A stretch of DNA of 64,000 bases. Source: an uncultured bacterium. GTDB lineage: Bacteria; Zhuqueibacterota; QNDG01; DTFT01. Numbering within the stretch: position 1 is the stretch's first letter; every line of letters starts with the position of its first letter. The notes beneath the pieces are model-generated. The model saw only the letters and a list, made by a program, of their open reading frames with translations. It was not told the DNA's origin and did not search any database. This document shows, piece after piece, positions 19,972-30,178 of this stretch. The stretch spans positions 1 through 64,000 of the forward strand of contig CAVTNR010000030.1 of assembly GCA_963736115.1 (NCBI GenBank), in the 5' to 3' direction. The position numbers were made by a program, and so were the translations under genes.

Positions 19972-21588
19972 ATGACCCTGCGCGTGATCGGCTCCTGCAT
20001 CGGATTGGGAGCGGCTGTTCTGACCGCTCAACTCCGCATTCCCGATCAAACCATTCAATACCGGAACGGGGACTGGACCACATGGCCCATGATGCGGGTT
20101 GTGGCTTCGGTTGATCTGGACGAACGCATGGTGTACGCGGCGACCACGGGCGGCATCAGCCGGTACGATTATTACGGGAACGAGTGGGCCGCGCCGATCA
20201 CCGAGGCGGACGGCTTGACCGGGCATGCGGTAGGCGCCATCGCGTACGATCCCAATTCCGGGTATTTGTGGGCCGCAACGGAAGCGGGCGTGAACGGCCG
20301 CATGCCGGGGTCCGAAGCGTGGCGGTTTCTGGACAATGAGTTGGGCGCGGTTACGGAGATCGGCATCGGAAGCCGGTTTGTCTGGTTCCGGACGGCAAGA
20401 GGACTGGCGCGCACGGACAGAACCGGCGACTTCACCGGGCCCGCGGATGAGCAGGAGTCGCAGGAGGACCACGTTGTCTGGAAGGGCGGAAAGGGGAGGG
20501 GCGTTGACCTGCCCGCGCTCCTGATGGACCATCCTTTTCTGTTCACGCCTCCGGATGTAATACAGGATGCGGAATTCAGGCGCAGGACAGTCACGGCATC
20601 GGCGGACGACGGATTTCATTCGGACTGGATCGCCACGGACGGACTGGGGCTGGGCCGCGCGGACCGGCGCACATTCAGGCTCGACCTCCTGCCGTTCGGT
20701 CCTTTCATGCCGGACGTGAAGGCCATGGCCGCGGACGGGAACGGTCTGTGGATGGGCGGGCTTCATCCCGGCGAAGCCGAAGGCGGCATCACGTACTGGG
20801 ACATGGCGAAAGACGAGTGGCGCTATTTCGAGGCGCGCTACACCAACGGACTGCGGTCCGACCAGGTGACGTCCGTATCACCGGACTCGGATTGCGTCTG
20901 GTTCGGAACCCTGGACGGTCTGGTGCGATACGACAGCCAAAAGGGTTATTGGAATGCCTTCACGGTTCAACGGAATCTGTGGAGCAATCAGATACACAGA
21001 ATCACGCCGGGCGATTCCGTGCTCTGGGTGGGAACGGCCATGGGCCTGAACCGGGTCTCCCTGCCGGACCTGACCATTGACAAGGTGCGGGACAGCCGGA
21101 TCGATCAGAGAGCGGTTTATGACCTTGTTGATGACGGGGAATCCGTTTGGATCGCAGCTGAGCGCGGCGCTTTCCGCCTGAATAAAAAGGAAGGATCCAT
21201 TGAGTCGCTTCCGGGATATCCGGGATTGTCCGCGGTCGAGGCATGGGCGGTTTCCGTATGGAAGGACGAAGTGTGGTTCGCGACGGATGACGGCGTCGAG
21301 ATGCTGAACCAATCGACCGGGGAATGGTCGGGTTTTTCCCGGCGGCTGTATCCCACGGGCGGTGTCTTAAACGCGATCTCGGCCGATTCGGACGTGGTGT
21401 GGGTGGGCACGGAGGAGGGGGTTCTCAAATATCTCAAATCAGAGAACCGCTGGCGCCGGTTCACGAAAGCGGACGGATTGCCGCATGATTCGGTGCGGTG
21501 GATCATACCGGACGGCGAGTACGTCTGGTTCGCGACAGGCGGCGGTCTGACCCGGTTTCTTTGGGATACGCCGTATCGGATCGATTAG
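19972..21588 (+). CDS. Secreted beta-propeller repeat protein (two-component regulator propeller-like)
   Basis: Signal peptide; repeated DGL-x3-V...W-[AG]T-x2-G[LV]-R[YF] blades. Confidence 0.7.
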   Translation: MTLRVIGSCIGLGAAVLTAQLRIPDQTIQYRNGDWTTWPMMRVVASVDLDERMVYAATTGGISRYDYYGNEWAAPITEADGLTGHAVGAIAYDPNSGYLWAATEAGVNGRMPGSEAWRFLDNELGAVTEIGIGSRFVWFRTARGLARTDRTGDFTGPADEQESQEDHVVWKGGKGRGVDLPALLMDHPFLFTPPDVIQDAEFRRRTVTASADDGFHSDWIATDGLGLGRADRRTFRLDLLPFGPFMPDVKAMAADGNGLWMGGLHPGEAEGGITYWDMAKDEWRYFEARYTNGLRSDQVTSVSPDSDCVWFGTLDGLVRYDSQKGYWNAFTVQRNLWSNQIHRITPGDSVLWVGTAMGLNRVSLPDLTIDKVRDSRIDQRAVYDLVDDGESVWIAAERGAFRLNKKEGSIESLPGYPGLSAVEAWAVSVWKDEVWFATDDGVEMLNQSTGEWSGFSRRLYPTGGVLNAISADSDVVWVGTEEGVLKYLKSENRWRRFTKADGLPHDSVRWIIPDGEYVWFATGGGLTRFLWDTPYRID

Positions 21589-21591
21589 GGG

Positions 21592-21634
21592 GGACCTCCT
21601 GAGGTCGGACCTTCAGCCTTCGAGAGGTCCGCTT
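21592..21634. repeat. Palindromic repeat family C (related copy at 46793-46835)
   Basis: Shares TTCAGCCTTCG(A/G)GAGGTCCGCTT with 46813-46835. Confidence 0.65.
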
Positions 21635-21650
21635 CACGATAAAAAAGCCA

Positions 21651-21679
21651 TTGCCGGGAACCCTGTTGTGGTATATATT
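21651..21679 (+). promoter_or_regulatory. Putative promoter of the metal-efflux operon
   Basis: TTGCCG - 17 bp - TATATT. Confidence 0.5.
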
Positions 21680-21702
21680 GTTTAAGGATAAGTGAGTCGT
21701 GA

Positions 21703-22152
21703 ATGGAACGATCGAGCTTGATGAGTTGGAATGTATTGAAAAAAAACACCTTAAATGGATTGATGGCTCTGTCCATATTCATTAATACGTCCCTGCAGGG
21801 TCTCGTATACTGTGTTGGATCGGACGGCCACAGGGCGCTGGAAGACGATGATATCGGCATGTGCCTACAATCAACAAAACCAACAAGTTGCGTGCCAGCC
21901 GAGACTCGGAATACTTCAATCGACGATACTTGTCCGGCCGGTTCTATATGCAAAGATATTCATTTCATGCTGGAGTCCTTTTTACGGATTGGCAATAACA
22001 GACCAGAGTATCACATTTTACAGAAAATTGTATTCGAATTCTCCCCAGCCACACCCTTCGTTTCGAGTGGTCGGTTGTTTGTGAACCGGATTTGCGCCGA
22101 CCCTCCCGCACTGTCCTCCGCCGGAAATATCGCTTCGCCTCTGAGATGTTGA
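21703..22152 (+). CDS. Hypothetical Cys/His-containing protein upstream of the RND operon (CzcI/DUF2946-like position)
   Basis: Hydrophobic N-terminus, YCVGSDGHRALE motif, several Cys including C-x5-CKDIH; lower GC than neighbours. Confidence 0.55.
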   Translation: MERSSLMSWNVLKKNTLNGLMALSIFINTSLQGLVYCVGSDGHRALEDDDIGMCLQSTKPTSCVPAETRNTSIDDTCPAGSICKDIHFMLESFLRIGNNRPEYHILQKIVFEFSPATPFVSSGRLFVNRICADPPALSSAGNIASPLRC

Positions 22153-22256
22153 TTCGTTCCTGATTCTCCCGCCGATTTGAGAAGAAAATAGAATTCATAG
22201 TTCCGTAGATCCGGAGATGTCCGGGTACGGATGGACTTTCATTTTTCCCCAACGAG

Positions 22257-23561
22257 GTGGAGATGGTCAAGTCGATTGTCCTGTTATCCGCGTTTTTTTT
22301 CTTCCTGAATGAGGCGTCATTGTCGGGTCAACAGCCGTTCTCCATGGAGGAAGCGATCCGTTTTGCGCTTGAACACAATCCCGCGGTGGCCCGGGCGAGG
22401 CTGGAAATCGAAGCAGCCGCAGGAAGGGTTCTGCAGGCCGGAGCCATCCCCTCGGCCGAACTGTCCTTCAGCTGGGGGGAAATCCCCCCGGATTTTTCTC
22501 TGTCCGGATACGGCGACAGGAGCCTGGGGATCTCACAATCCTTTGAATTTCCGGGAAAACGGCAGTTGCGTCAACGGGCCGCCAATCAGGATCTGATCAT
22601 GCGGAAGGAGAACCTCCGGCGCGTTGAGCTTCTCGTGACGACGGAGGTGAAGCGGGCCTATCTTTCGGCGGCATTGCATGAAGAATTGATTTCGAATGAG
22701 GCCGAAGCGCTGAGCCTTCTGCGCGAATTCGGGCAAATGTCGAGATTCCGGTATGCATCCCAAACCGTGCCCTATCTGGATGTCCTGCGCGCCAACCTGG
22801 AAATATCCAGGGCTGAAAACCGTCTGAACGGATTGGAGACTGGCCTGCGGGAGCGCGGGATGGACCTGAACCGGGTTCTCGGAAGATCGGATACAGCCGG
22901 GGTGAAGATTGCGGAGAAAATGACGTATGTGCCCTTTACCGTCTCTTTGGAGGAAGTTGCCGGTGATTTCGAGATCGACCGCCCCTCTTCGAGAATCGCG
23001 GATGCTTTTGTGGCAGGCCGTCAATCGCTGACTTCGCTGGCCCGGAAATCTTATTTGCCGGACTTTTCCGTCGGCTTGTCCAGTTTGACGCTGAGGGAAC
23101 AGCCTCCATTCAACGCAAACCGTTTTCAGGGAACGACGGTCAGCGGAAGCTGGCAGTTGGATGTCGGGATGTCGATTCCGATTTGGTTCTGGAAACAGCA
23201 GAAGGGAGAGGTGATGACCGCGAAGAGCAACGAACGGATCGCGGAAATCCACAGAGCCGCGGTGAAGAGACGGGTCGCCGCGTCCCTCCGAAGGGCATAC
23301 GCATCATTGAAAACCGCCGAATCACAGGTTCAATCATACCAAAAGTCCATTCTTAAAGACAATCGCGACGCCCTGGAGTCGGGCATCAACCTCTATCAGA
23401 ACGGCCGGTTGGACGCGATGAACCTTCTGGATGTTTACCGGACCTATCTGGACACCCAATCGGAATATGGAACCGCATTATTCAACTACAATATTGCGTT
23501 GGCCGAGCTCGAATCTTCAGGAGAAACCGATTTCTTTACAGGAGAATCAAATGAAGAGTAA
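22257..23561 (+). CDS. TolC-family outer-membrane factor (CzcC-like)
   Basis: EEAIRFALEHNP, GISQSFEFPGKRQLR, YLPDFSVG and duplicated OEP repeats. Confidence 0.88.
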   Translation: MEMVKSIVLLSAFFFFLNEASLSGQQPFSMEEAIRFALEHNPAVARARLEIEAAAGRVLQAGAIPSAELSFSWGEIPPDFSLSGYGDRSLGISQSFEFPGKRQLRQRAANQDLIMRKENLRRVELLVTTEVKRAYLSAALHEELISNEAEALSLLREFGQMSRFRYASQTVPYLDVLRANLEISRAENRLNGLETGLRERGMDLNRVLGRSDTAGVKIAEKMTYVPFTVSLEEVAGDFEIDRPSSRIADAFVAGRQSLTSLARKSYLPDFSVGLSSLTLREQPPFNANRFQGTTVSGSWQLDVGMSIPIWFWKQQKGEVMTAKSNERIAEIHRAAVKRRVAASLRRAYASLKTAESQVQSYQKSILKDNRDALESGINLYQNGRLDAMNLLDVYRTYLDTQSEYGTALFNYNIALAELESSGETDFFTGESNEE

Positions 23562-24651
23562 AAAATATCGGGTTGTTCCGTTTCTCGTCCTTTCCGCGCT
23601 GATCACCGCGGGCTGCAGCCGGCAGAAACAGGAGGAGCCTATTTCGCCGGAGACTGAAAACATGGACGCAATCTTGTTGAATCAGGATGCCGTGCGTGCC
23701 GGCGGACTCCGGATGGAGACGGTCAGTCGTAAGCGGCTGTTGTTTCCCTTCGAAGCCACCGGCGTCGTCTCCTTCAACCAGAGAGTCCGGGTTCAAATTT
23801 CAGCCAGAACATCCGGCAGGATCGATAAAATCAACTGTTTTCCGGGCGATCGTGTTTCGGCAGGACAGGAATTGATCGTCCTGTACAGCCCCGAGTTTTT
23901 AATCGCACAGGCGGAATTACTGCAAATCCACGAACGCCTCCGGCTGGCCGGTGAGACTGAACAGAAGGATGCAGCGGACAAAATGTTCCGGTCTGCGATC
24001 CGCAGGTTGCGGGTCCTGGGTTTGATGCAGAGCGAGATCGATTCAGTGATCATAACAGGGGAACCTCTGCCCACTCTGGCCGTGCGTGCGCCATTCAGCG
24101 GAAGTATTCTGAAAAGCGCGGGCATTGCCGGAAGTCATGTGGAGTCCGGAGCGGAGCTCATGGAGATGGCGGATTTATCATCGCTCTGGGTGATGGCCGA
24201 TATTTATGAAACCAGGTTGGCGGCGATGCAAAAAGGCGCTTCCGCTGAAATATGGACCGCTGCCTACCCGAATGAAATGTTTCGCGGCATGTTGACGAGC
24301 CTCGGAGATGTGGTGGAAGAATCGACCCGAACCGTCAAGGCCAGGGTTGAAATCCGCAATTCCTTTCGAAAACTGAAACCGGGCATGTTCGTGAATATCA
24401 AATTCATTCCGAGCGAAAAGGCGGTGACGCTTGCGGTGCCCGAAAACGCCGTCCGGATGATCGACAGCGGCGAGTTTGTTTTCGTCGAGGATCCGAAGGG
24501 ATCATTTTCCAAACGGAAGATCAAGACGGGTGGAAAATCCGAAGGATGGGTGGAAGTTTTGAGCGGCATCAAGGAAGGGGAAAGAATCGTGTCGGACGGG
24601 AGTTTCATTGTGAAATCAGAATTTCTCAAGAGCAATATGGAAGGGGAATGA
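23551..24651 (+). CDS. RND efflux membrane fusion protein (CzcB/CusB-like lipoprotein)
   Basis: Lipobox ITAGC; ISARTSGRI, LYSPE, RAPFSG, ADLSSLWV, TRTVKAR and LKPGMF; GGAG RBS before ATG 23551. Confidence 0.9.
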   Translation: MKSKKYRVVPFLVLSALITAGCSRQKQEEPISPETENMDAILLNQDAVRAGGLRMETVSRKRLLFPFEATGVVSFNQRVRVQISARTSGRIDKINCFPGDRVSAGQELIVLYSPEFLIAQAELLQIHERLRLAGETEQKDAADKMFRSAIRRLRVLGLMQSEIDSVIITGEPLPTLAVRAPFSGSILKSAGIAGSHVESGAELMEMADLSSLWVMADIYETRLAAMQKGASAEIWTAAYPNEMFRGMLTSLGDVVEESTRTVKARVEIRNSFRKLKPGMFVNIKFIPSEKAVTLAVPENAVRMIDSGEFVFVEDPKGSFSKRKIKTGGKSEGWVEVLSGIKEGERIVSDGSFIVKSEFLKSNMEGE

Positions 24652-27600
24652 CCATGCTTGAACGCGTCATTGCATTTACCCTTAAAAATAAAAATGCGGT
24701 GATTTTTGTCGCAATCCTGGCGGCCGTGTGGGGTGTATTTTCCTACACCCGGCTGCCAATCGACGCATTTCCCGATGTGACCAATGTGCAGGTTGAAATC
24801 GTGTGCAATGCCGAAGGACTGTCGGCCCAGGAAATAGAACGTTTCGTGACCCATCCGATAGAGATGTCCATGCGGGGATTGCCGGGGATCGATCAGATGC
24901 GGTCGGTGACCAAATTCGGCATCGCGGTCGTAACGGTGGTTTTCAAGGATGAAGTGGACATCTATTTCGCCAGGCAGTTGGTTTTCGAGAAACTGTCGGA
25001 AGCGTCCAAGAACGTGCCGGAGGGCGTGGAGGTGGCCCTGGGGCCCATCGCTACGGCAATGGGAGAAATATTTCAATATACGCTTCAGGGGAAAGGACCG
25101 GTGGAATGGGGAGAAGGAGCTCGGGTTTTAACCGAACTTCGAACGCTTCAGGACTGGGTCATCACGCCCATGCTGAAAAGCGTGCCTGGCGTCACGGAGA
25201 TCAACTCGTTCGGCGGATTCATCAGGCAAATGAATGTGACCGTAAATCCCGAACGTCTGATTGCATACGGTTTGACGATCGAGGATGTCGAACGGGCTGT
25301 TCGGGACAACAACCGGAACGTGGGCGGAAATGTCGTGGAACGCTTCTCCGAGCAGTTGATCGTCCGGGGAATCGGCATGCTCCGGTCCGAGGAGGACATC
25401 CGGAAAATCGTTTTGAAGACGGAAAACGGCGTTCCCGTTTTCGTCCGGGATGTGGCGAACGTCGCCAGCGGTCAGTCGGTTCGCCAGGGAGCGGCCCTGG
25501 AAAACGGCCGGGAATGCGTCGGCGGCATTGTGATGATGCTTCGGGGGGAAAACAGCCGCGAAGTGGTTCGGAGCGTCCAGGCCAAAGTGAAGGAGATCAA
25601 TCATAATCGAATCCTCCCGGAGGGGATTCGCATCGAGCCCTACTATCAGAGATCCGAAATCGTGGGCAAAAGCATTGAAACGGTGAGCCGGGCCCTTTTT
25701 GAAGGCGCGATTCTGGTTGTCGTTATTCTGTATGTGTTTTTGCGCAGCATTCGGGGCGCTGTCATCGTTCTGCTCGCTCTCCCGCTCTCCATCCTCCTGA
25801 CTTTCATCGTGATGAAGAACGCCGGAATCGACGCCAATCTCATGTCCCTGGGCGGGCTCGCCATTTCGATAGGCATGATTGTGGATACGACCATCATCCA
25901 GGTGGAAAACGTGCAGCGGCATCTGTCGGAAAAGGGGAGAACCGGAAATGTGGTTTCGACGATTTTAAGGGCCGTTCTCGAAGTGCGAAAACCGAGTATT
26001 CTTGGTGAACTGATCATCTGCGTGACGTTTTTCCCCATTCTGTCGCTCCAGGGGCTGGAAGGAAAAATGTTCACGCCGCTGGCCCTGACCGTGATGATCG
26101 CGCTCCTCTCTTCGCTGGCCCTGTCGATTTTCGTCATTCCGGTTCTCTGTTTCGTGTTTCTGAAATCGGAGAAAGAAAAAGAAAGCCCGGCGATGAACGC
26201 GGCGAGACGAATCTATTTCCCCGCGCTTCGCTGGAGCCTGAAGAAAAAACAATGGGTGATCGGCGCCGCTCTCGTTCTCCTGGCCGCGGCCTGCGTGTTG
26301 ATCCCCCGGCTGGGGACGGAATTCATCCCGATCATGGACGAGGGGGCGTTCGACATGGACGTTCAGATGCTGTCCGGCGTCTCCCTCGAACAGGCGCTTG
26401 TAACCGCGCGCGTGGTCCACGAAAGGCTCGGACAATTCCCTGAATTGAAAACCGTCGTGTCCCGGACCGGGCCCACAGGGATCGCCCTGGAAGCCCGCGG
26501 TACGGATAAAACGGGTTATGTGGGCGTTTTCGAACCGCGTTCCGAGTGGAAAAACGCAAAGGATCAGAAAGACATGACCGAAAAAATGAGGAAAGCCCTG
26601 TCGGACATCCCGGGGATGGTGTTCACGTTCAGTCAGCCCATTCAATGCCGGATCGACGAACTGGTGGCTGGGACCAAGTCGCAGTTGATCATCAAGCTTT
26701 TCGGCGAGGACATGGATTCGCTGAAGGTGAAAGGGGTTGAAATCGGGCACGTACTCTCGCAAATCGAAGGGACCACCGACCTGATCGTGGAACAGACTTC
26801 GGGCCAGCCGACCCTTTCCATCGAGGTGGACCGGAATCGGATCGCCAGGCACGGATTGAACGTCAACGACGTTCTCGAAGTCGTAAAAACGGCCGTCGGC
26901 GGAACGGTATCGACTCAGATGTACGAGTCCAACCGCTCCTTCAATGTCACGGTGCGTTTTCCTGAGGAAGACCGGAATTCGCCGGAAGTCATCGGGAATA
27001 TCCTGTTGAAAAGCGGCGGTGGATACCTGGTCCCCCTCAATCAGCTTGTGGACATTTCGATCGGCGAGGGCCCGGCTCAGATCAGCCGGCAGGACGGCCA
27101 ACGCCGGGTTGGAATCGAGCTCAATGTCCGGGGAAGGGATATCGGCGGATTCGTGTCCGAGGCGAAAAGCGCCTTACGGGAGAAGGTCCGTCTGCCGAGC
27201 GGGTATTATCTGACATGGGGGGGTCAGTTCGAGAATCAGCAGCGGGCCATGAAACGGCTCGCGTTCATCCTTCCCCTGGGGGTCACATTGATTTTCATGC
27301 TCCTGCTGGTCACCTTCAACTCCATTCGATTGGCCGGTCTGGTGATTTTAAACCTGCCGTTCGCCCTGATCGGAGGAGTATTGGCGCTCTTCCTGTCGGG
27401 TCAGTACCTGTCGGTTCCGGCCTCGGTGGGGTTCATCGTCCTTTTCGGAGTTGCCGTGTTGAACGGGATCGTCCTGGTATCGTATATCGCCCAGCTCCGC
27501 GCAAAGGGCGTTCCGACGGAGGAGGCGATTCTGCGGGGATGCAGGGACAGGCTGCGCCCGGTGCTCATGACAGCCGCGATTTCCATTTTCAGCCTCATCC

Positions 27601-27752
27601 CGATGCTGTTTTCGACCGGGCCCGGATCGGAGATTCAACGCCCGCTGGCCATCGTCGTGATCGGTGGGCTGGTGACGTCGACCCTGCTGACCCTGGTGAT
27701 TCTCCCGGCGCTGTACGGATGGTTCGAGGGGAAAGCGAGACCTTCAGATTAG
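24648..27752 (+). CDS. Heavy-metal efflux RND permease (CzcA/CusA family)
   Basis: LPIDAFPDVTNVQV, ELRTLQDW, NLMSLGGLAI, GLEGKMF-PLA, GVAVLNG, RLRPVLMTA and GSEIQRPLA motifs. Confidence 0.95.
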   Translation: MTMLERVIAFTLKNKNAVIFVAILAAVWGVFSYTRLPIDAFPDVTNVQVEIVCNAEGLSAQEIERFVTHPIEMSMRGLPGIDQMRSVTKFGIAVVTVVFKDEVDIYFARQLVFEKLSEASKNVPEGVEVALGPIATAMGEIFQYTLQGKGPVEWGEGARVLTELRTLQDWVITPMLKSVPGVTEINSFGGFIRQMNVTVNPERLIAYGLTIEDVERAVRDNNRNVGGNVVERFSEQLIVRGIGMLRSEEDIRKIVLKTENGVPVFVRDVANVASGQSVRQGAALENGRECVGGIVMMLRGENSREVVRSVQAKVKEINHNRILPEGIRIEPYYQRSEIVGKSIETVSRALFEGAILVVVILYVFLRSIRGAVIVLLALPLSILLTFIVMKNAGIDANLMSLGGLAISIGMIVDTTIIQVENVQRHLSEKGRTGNVVSTILRAVLEVRKPSILGELIICVTFFPILSLQGLEGKMFTPLALTVMIALLSSLALSIFVIPVLCFVFLKSEKEKESPAMNAARRIYFPALRWSLKKKQWVIGAALVLLAAACVLIPRLGTEFIPIMDEGAFDMDVQMLSGVSLEQALVTARVVHERLGQFPELKTVVSRTGPTGIALEARGTDKTGYVGVFEPRSEWKNAKDQKDMTEKMRKALSDIPGMVFTFSQPIQCRIDELVAGTKSQLIIKLFGEDMDSLKVKGVEIGHVLSQIEGTTDLIVEQTSGQPTLSIEVDRNRIARHGLNVNDVLEVVKTAVGGTVSTQMYESNRSFNVTVRFPEEDRNSPEVIGNILLKSGGGYLVPLNQLVDISIGEGPAQISRQDGQRRVGIELNVRGRDIGGFVSEAKSALREKVRLPSGYYLTWGGQFENQQRAMKRLAFILPLGVTLIFMLLLVTFNSIRLAGLVILNLPFALIGGVLALFLSGQYLSVPASVGFIVLFGVAVLNGIVLVSYIAQLRAKGVPTEEAILRGCRDRLRPVLMTAAISIFSLIPMLFSTGPGSEIQRPLAIVVIGGLVTSTLLTLVILPALYGWFEGKARPSD

Positions 27753-27791
27753 TTTCACCGACTGCATGTGCGACGCACATTGAAAATACGT

Positions 27792-27827
27792 AGACCCCGG
27801 GGTGCTTGGCGCCCCGGGGTCTTTTTT
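27792..27827. terminator. Terminator between convergent RND and ABC operons
   Basis: AGACCCCGGGG...CCCCGGGGTCT followed by a T-run. Confidence 0.8.
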
Positions 27828-29253
27828 AATCGTGCCGCAGCGCCTCCACCGGGTTCACGGCGGCCGCGCGCATGGCCGGATACAGCCCTGCCGCGAGACT
27901 GACGGCTACGGAGAAAACAAGCGCGCCGAGAATCAGCCAGGGTGAAATATAGAACAGCTCCGCGTGGTTCCCGCCTTCGCGGGCGATATAGATGTTCGCG
28001 ATGACGTTCGCGACGCGCGTGACGACCCAGCCGAGCAGGAGCCCGAAAACGCCGCCGGCGAAACCGATCACGCCCGCTTCCACGAAAAAGATCCCCTTGA
28101 TGTCCCCTTCAGCCGCGCCCACGGCCTTCATGATGCCGATTTCCCGCCTGCGCTCGAGTATGGACATGACCATGGTGTTGATGATGCCGAGCGCGGCCAC
28201 GACCAGCGCGATGGTGCCAACCGCGCCGAGAATGGCGTCGAACACGAGGAATCCCTTCTTGAAATCCTCCAGCTGGTCCGCGATCGAGAGTACGCCGAAG
28301 CCCATGTCCTCGAGGGATTTCTTCAGCGGCGCCAGGTCCTCCATCCGTTTCACCCGCACGTAGACCGATCCGTATGATTCGGTTCCGCCGGTCCGGTTCA
28401 GCAGGTCCCAGACGCTGGAGAAGCCGAGGCGGGGCAGGGATTCCGCGGTTTCCATCGGCAGAATCGCGCCGCTTTCGAACATCCCCTGGCCGAAGCCATC
28501 CGACTGCTTCGCCACGCCCGCGATCCGCAGACGGGTCGCGACCCGGGTGATGGGCAGATCCTCGCCGCCGGAAAGAGCCGCCATCGGATTCCGCATCAAT
28601 TCGCCGAAATCCACGGACGACGTGACGATGTCGATCGGAGTTCCGATCAGTTCTTCGGGCCTGGCGGACCGAAAGCCTTTCAGGGTGTCCTCCACGGTCA
28701 GTTTCCGCGGACGGCCCGGCTCGATCAGAACGAATTTCATGTCGCGGAGCAGTCTCGGGCTGACAATCACGGAACGGGCCGTGTCCGATTTGAAGAAGGA
28801 CCCGGCCCGCAGTTTGTCGAACGGCTTGAAGCCGCCCATCACCGCCGGCATGGCGCGGGCGTTCGTAGCCGCTTCGCGTCCGTCGATGGTCACCTTGACC
28901 GGAAAGCGCACTTCCGGAAAAGCCACGGTCACGCCGGGCATGCGCCGGATTTTTTCAAGGGCGGCCGCGTCCAGCGCAATCGAGTCCGGCTGAGAAATGG
29001 GCCGGCCGGCCGGCATACGTCCCTGCCCCCGCATCCGCTCCGCGTCCGCTTTTGCCGGGAGAACCTGGAGGCTGGTGAACAGGTCGTTTTCGAGAAACGT
29101 TTTCGTGACGTTCTTCTGCATGCCCGTGCCGAATGAGACCATGGACACCAGGGCGCCGATTCCGATCACGACTCCGAGCGTGGTCAGAAAGGTGCGGAGC
29201 CTGGATTTCCGCAGATTGTCCACGGCCATGCGGGCCATTTCGTCCATTTTCAT
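27826..29253 (-). CDS. MacB/FtsX-like ABC transporter permease
   Basis: LRTFLTTLGVVIGI, GIINTMVMSILERRREIGIMKAVGA and GLYPA-RAA-NPVEALR. Confidence 0.92.
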   Translation of the reverse strand: MKMDEMARMAVDNLRKSRLRTFLTTLGVVIGIGALVSMVSFGTGMQKNVTKTFLENDLFTSLQVLPAKADAERMRGQGRMPAGRPISQPDSIALDAAALEKIRRMPGVTVAFPEVRFPVKVTIDGREAATNARAMPAVMGGFKPFDKLRAGSFFKSDTARSVIVSPRLLRDMKFVLIEPGRPRKLTVEDTLKGFRSARPEELIGTPIDIVTSSVDFGELMRNPMAALSGGEDLPITRVATRLRIAGVAKQSDGFGQGMFESGAILPMETAESLPRLGFSSVWDLLNRTGGTESYGSVYVRVKRMEDLAPLKKSLEDMGFGVLSIADQLEDFKKGFLVFDAILGAVGTIALVVAALGIINTMVMSILERRREIGIMKAVGAAEGDIKGIFFVEAGVIGFAGGVFGLLLGWVVTRVANVIANIYIAREGGNHAELFYISPWLILGALVFSVAVSLAAGLYPAMRAAAVNPVEALRHD

Positions 29254-29951
29254 GCGGGCCTCCTGAGGCGGATCTGCGCCTGTATGCGGCCGTCGAGCAG
29301 ACGCACCAGGCGGTGCGACACGCGCCTGGCGGAGACCTCGTCGTGGCTGACCATGACGACGGTCAGGCCGCGTTCGCGGTTCAGGGTTTTCAGCAGGTCC
29401 AGAATCTCCCCCGCGGTCCGGCTGTCCAGATTTCCGGTCGGCTCGTCCGCGAGGAGCATAACCGGATCATTCACCAGGGCCCTGGCCACGGCCACGCGCT
29501 GGGCCTCGCCTCCGGACATCTCGGACGGGACGTGGTGCAGACGCGACTTCAAGCCCATTCCGGACAGGAGGCGCGCCGCTTTCGGAGGACGGTTTTTGCG
29601 CGGGACGCCCGAGAAGGCGAGCGGAAGCGCCACATTTTCCAGCGCGGTTCGGGACGGGATGAGGTTGAAGGACTGAAAAACCATGCCGACCGTGTTCCTG
29701 CGGTGGCCGGCAAGTTCCGACCGGCTCATGGCCGCGAGGTTCCGGCCGCGGATGACCACGGATCCGGACGACGGCACATCGAGTCCGCCGATGATGTTCA
29801 GAAGCGTGGATTTGCCGCATCCCGACCGGCCGACGATGGACACGAATTCGCCCTCCGCGATGTCGAATGAAACGCCGCTGAGGGCGCGAACGCGTTCGCG
29901 GCCCCGGTCATAGGTCTTTTGCAGATGACGGATCTGGAGTATGGGTTCCAA
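29250..29951 (-). CDS. ABC transporter ATP-binding protein (LolD/MacB type)
   Basis: GRSGCGKST, MSGGEAQRVA, LLADEPTGNLD and MVSHD. Confidence 0.95.
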   Translation of the reverse strand: MEPILQIRHLQKTYDRGRERVRALSGVSFDIAEGEFVSIVGRSGCGKSTLLNIIGGLDVPSSGSVVIRGRNLAAMSRSELAGHRRNTVGMVFQSFNLIPSRTALENVALPLAFSGVPRKNRPPKAARLLSGMGLKSRLHHVPSEMSGGEAQRVAVARALVNDPVMLLADEPTGNLDSRTAGEILDLLKTLNRERGLTVVMVSHDEVSARRVSHRLVRLLDGRIQAQIRLRRPA

Positions 29952-30178
29952 GGGCTCATTCCTTTCCGGGTGATGGCGCCTTTTTGATACGGACCCTGTT
30001 CCGGCCGGTTTCGTCGCGTGCCGGACAAGTCACGGTCAGTCCGGATGAAACATAAGTGAAAAAGCTTAAAAATTCAATATAAAATAATGTATAGATGGTG
30101 AACCCGTTTGGAGCCATGTCCACACCGAATAATTAGATTATCTCAATAATCTCAGCGGCTTAGCTTTGATTACCGCTT

